From Octopus vulgaris (taxonomy: Eukaryota), in the NCBI GenBank assembly GCA_951406725.2, contig OX597832.1:39866001-39930000 (forward strand): DNA of 64,000 bases, in the 5' to 3' direction. The position numbers and the translations under genes are program-made. Below are positions 62,966 to 64,000 of this stretch, in pieces. The notes below the pieces were generated by a model, which was not told where the DNA came from, searched no databases, and saw nothing but the letters and a program-made list of their open reading frames with translations. The stretch's first letter is position 1. The number at the start of each line of letters is the position of its first letter.

Positions 62966-63596
62966 TTAAATGTAACCCCATCACTCCAAACGATCTTTGT
63001 CAAAGTACTACATGTGAAACTCCACTATTTGTTTCCAGCTGTCTTCACTGAGAACATGGGCTATTTTTCTAATGCAACTTTTCCTGACAGCACTTCAAAA
63101 TGCAGTGGGCGCTTGATTTCAGAATTTTAATTTAATTTCATCACTTGTTTGCCATAACTGATTTGAACTCGAATTTCTAATACCCTTTCTTGCTTTGTTT
63201 GGTTCATCGATATCCACAGTCTTCCAGAATATTTCCTGTGGACATTCTGAACAGTTCCTTCAAATTAATATCTAACTCAAGTGGTGGTTAGTCACGTAAG
63301 GGTTTCTGTTTGAAACTCACACCTAAACTGTCTTTGCACTTCAACTGCATTTTTCAAACTTTCAGTAGCATTTTAGGATGAACGTCCTTTATTTAAAGCT
63401 TAATTTGACTAAAATGAAACAAAATTGAGTTATCGATTGTTAAAATGTATAGACATTCTTTTAGGAATTGAGAGAGAGACTTGGCTGCTATTTCTAGTAA
63501 TCAAGCAACAATAAAGAATTCCATCGTTGATTCATAGCCTTTGATTTAAGTAAGTTATGTATCTTTTTTGTGTTTTGATATTTTTATGGCTTAGTT

Positions 63597-63830
63597 AAAG
63601 GTGGCGAGCTGGCAGAAATGGTAGCAAGCCGGGCGAAATGTGTAGCCGCATTTCGTCTGCCGTTACGTTCTGAGTTCAAATTCCACCAATGTCAACTTTG
63701 CCTTTCATCCTTTCAGGGTCGATAAATTAAATACCAGTTATGCACTGGGGTCGATATAATCGACTTAATCCGTGTGTTTGTCCTTGATTGTCCCCTCTGT
63801 GTCTAGCCCCTTGTGGGTAGTAAAGAAATA
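63597..63830 (+). mobile_element. SINE B with a 20-bp TSD
   Basis: GATATTTTTATGGCTTAGTT at 63577-63596 and 63831-63850. Confidence 0.9.
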
Positions 63831-64000
63831 GATATTTTTATGGCTTAGTTTGAGTTAGTGCCATTGACCTTTTACAGGACATCCTAGAGAGGTGAGAGGA
63901 AAGCCACACTGCTGCAAATATTTGGGCTGAAACCCAACAGTCAGATGGTCATGTTAAACTGGGTGACATATTAAGTCTACCACTATGGAATATGAATGGG

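Larger units (their letters stand above)
62090..63390 (-). pseudogene. Decayed Tc1/mariner transposase, rosa/Visitor(DD41D)-like, split by two MITEs
   Basis: FILKCY*KF..NAVEVQRQFRCEF..FEGTVQNVHRKYSGR; VWSDGVTF|KLNGLINHHSSIY*RPEN; LSSKRLIGPFFFE; PLHSPDFTPLDIFF; second catalytic D region appears deleted. Confidence 0.7.

Overview
Eukaryotic, AT-rich, microsatellite-dense genomic DNA, most likely an octopus or other coleoid cephalopod (inferred from the repeat families). I found no host protein-coding exon I can recognise; almost all ORFs in the track are microsatellite translations. The only long real ORF is an uninterrupted 825-aa 5'-truncated CR1-group LINE ORF2 (4829-7306, minus strand). The rest is a mosaic of tRNA-derived SINEs (my labels A, B, B2, D), many 3' ends of an RTE LINE (label C), Dong/R4-, CRE-, RTE-X- and CR1-like LINE fragments, two non-autonomous Helitrons, three decayed Tc1/mariner transposases, TA- and TTAA-type MITEs, and Penelope-like remnants with hammerhead ribozymes. 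A CpG-rich candidate first exon ends at 47239. Most notable: (1) a pre-tRNA-Ser(AGA) plus SINE chimera inside one 14-bp target-site duplication (39739-40089); (2) a fully foldable type I hammerhead (60293-60353) with a covarying relative at 321-380; (3) SINE B, whose target sites match its own 3' end and which forms a head-to-tail trimer inside one TSD; (4) a LINE/SINE pair sharing a 3' stem-loop with compensatory changes. Family names come from visual motif recognition, not database searches, and repeat boundaries are approximate unless TSDs or TIRs are given.
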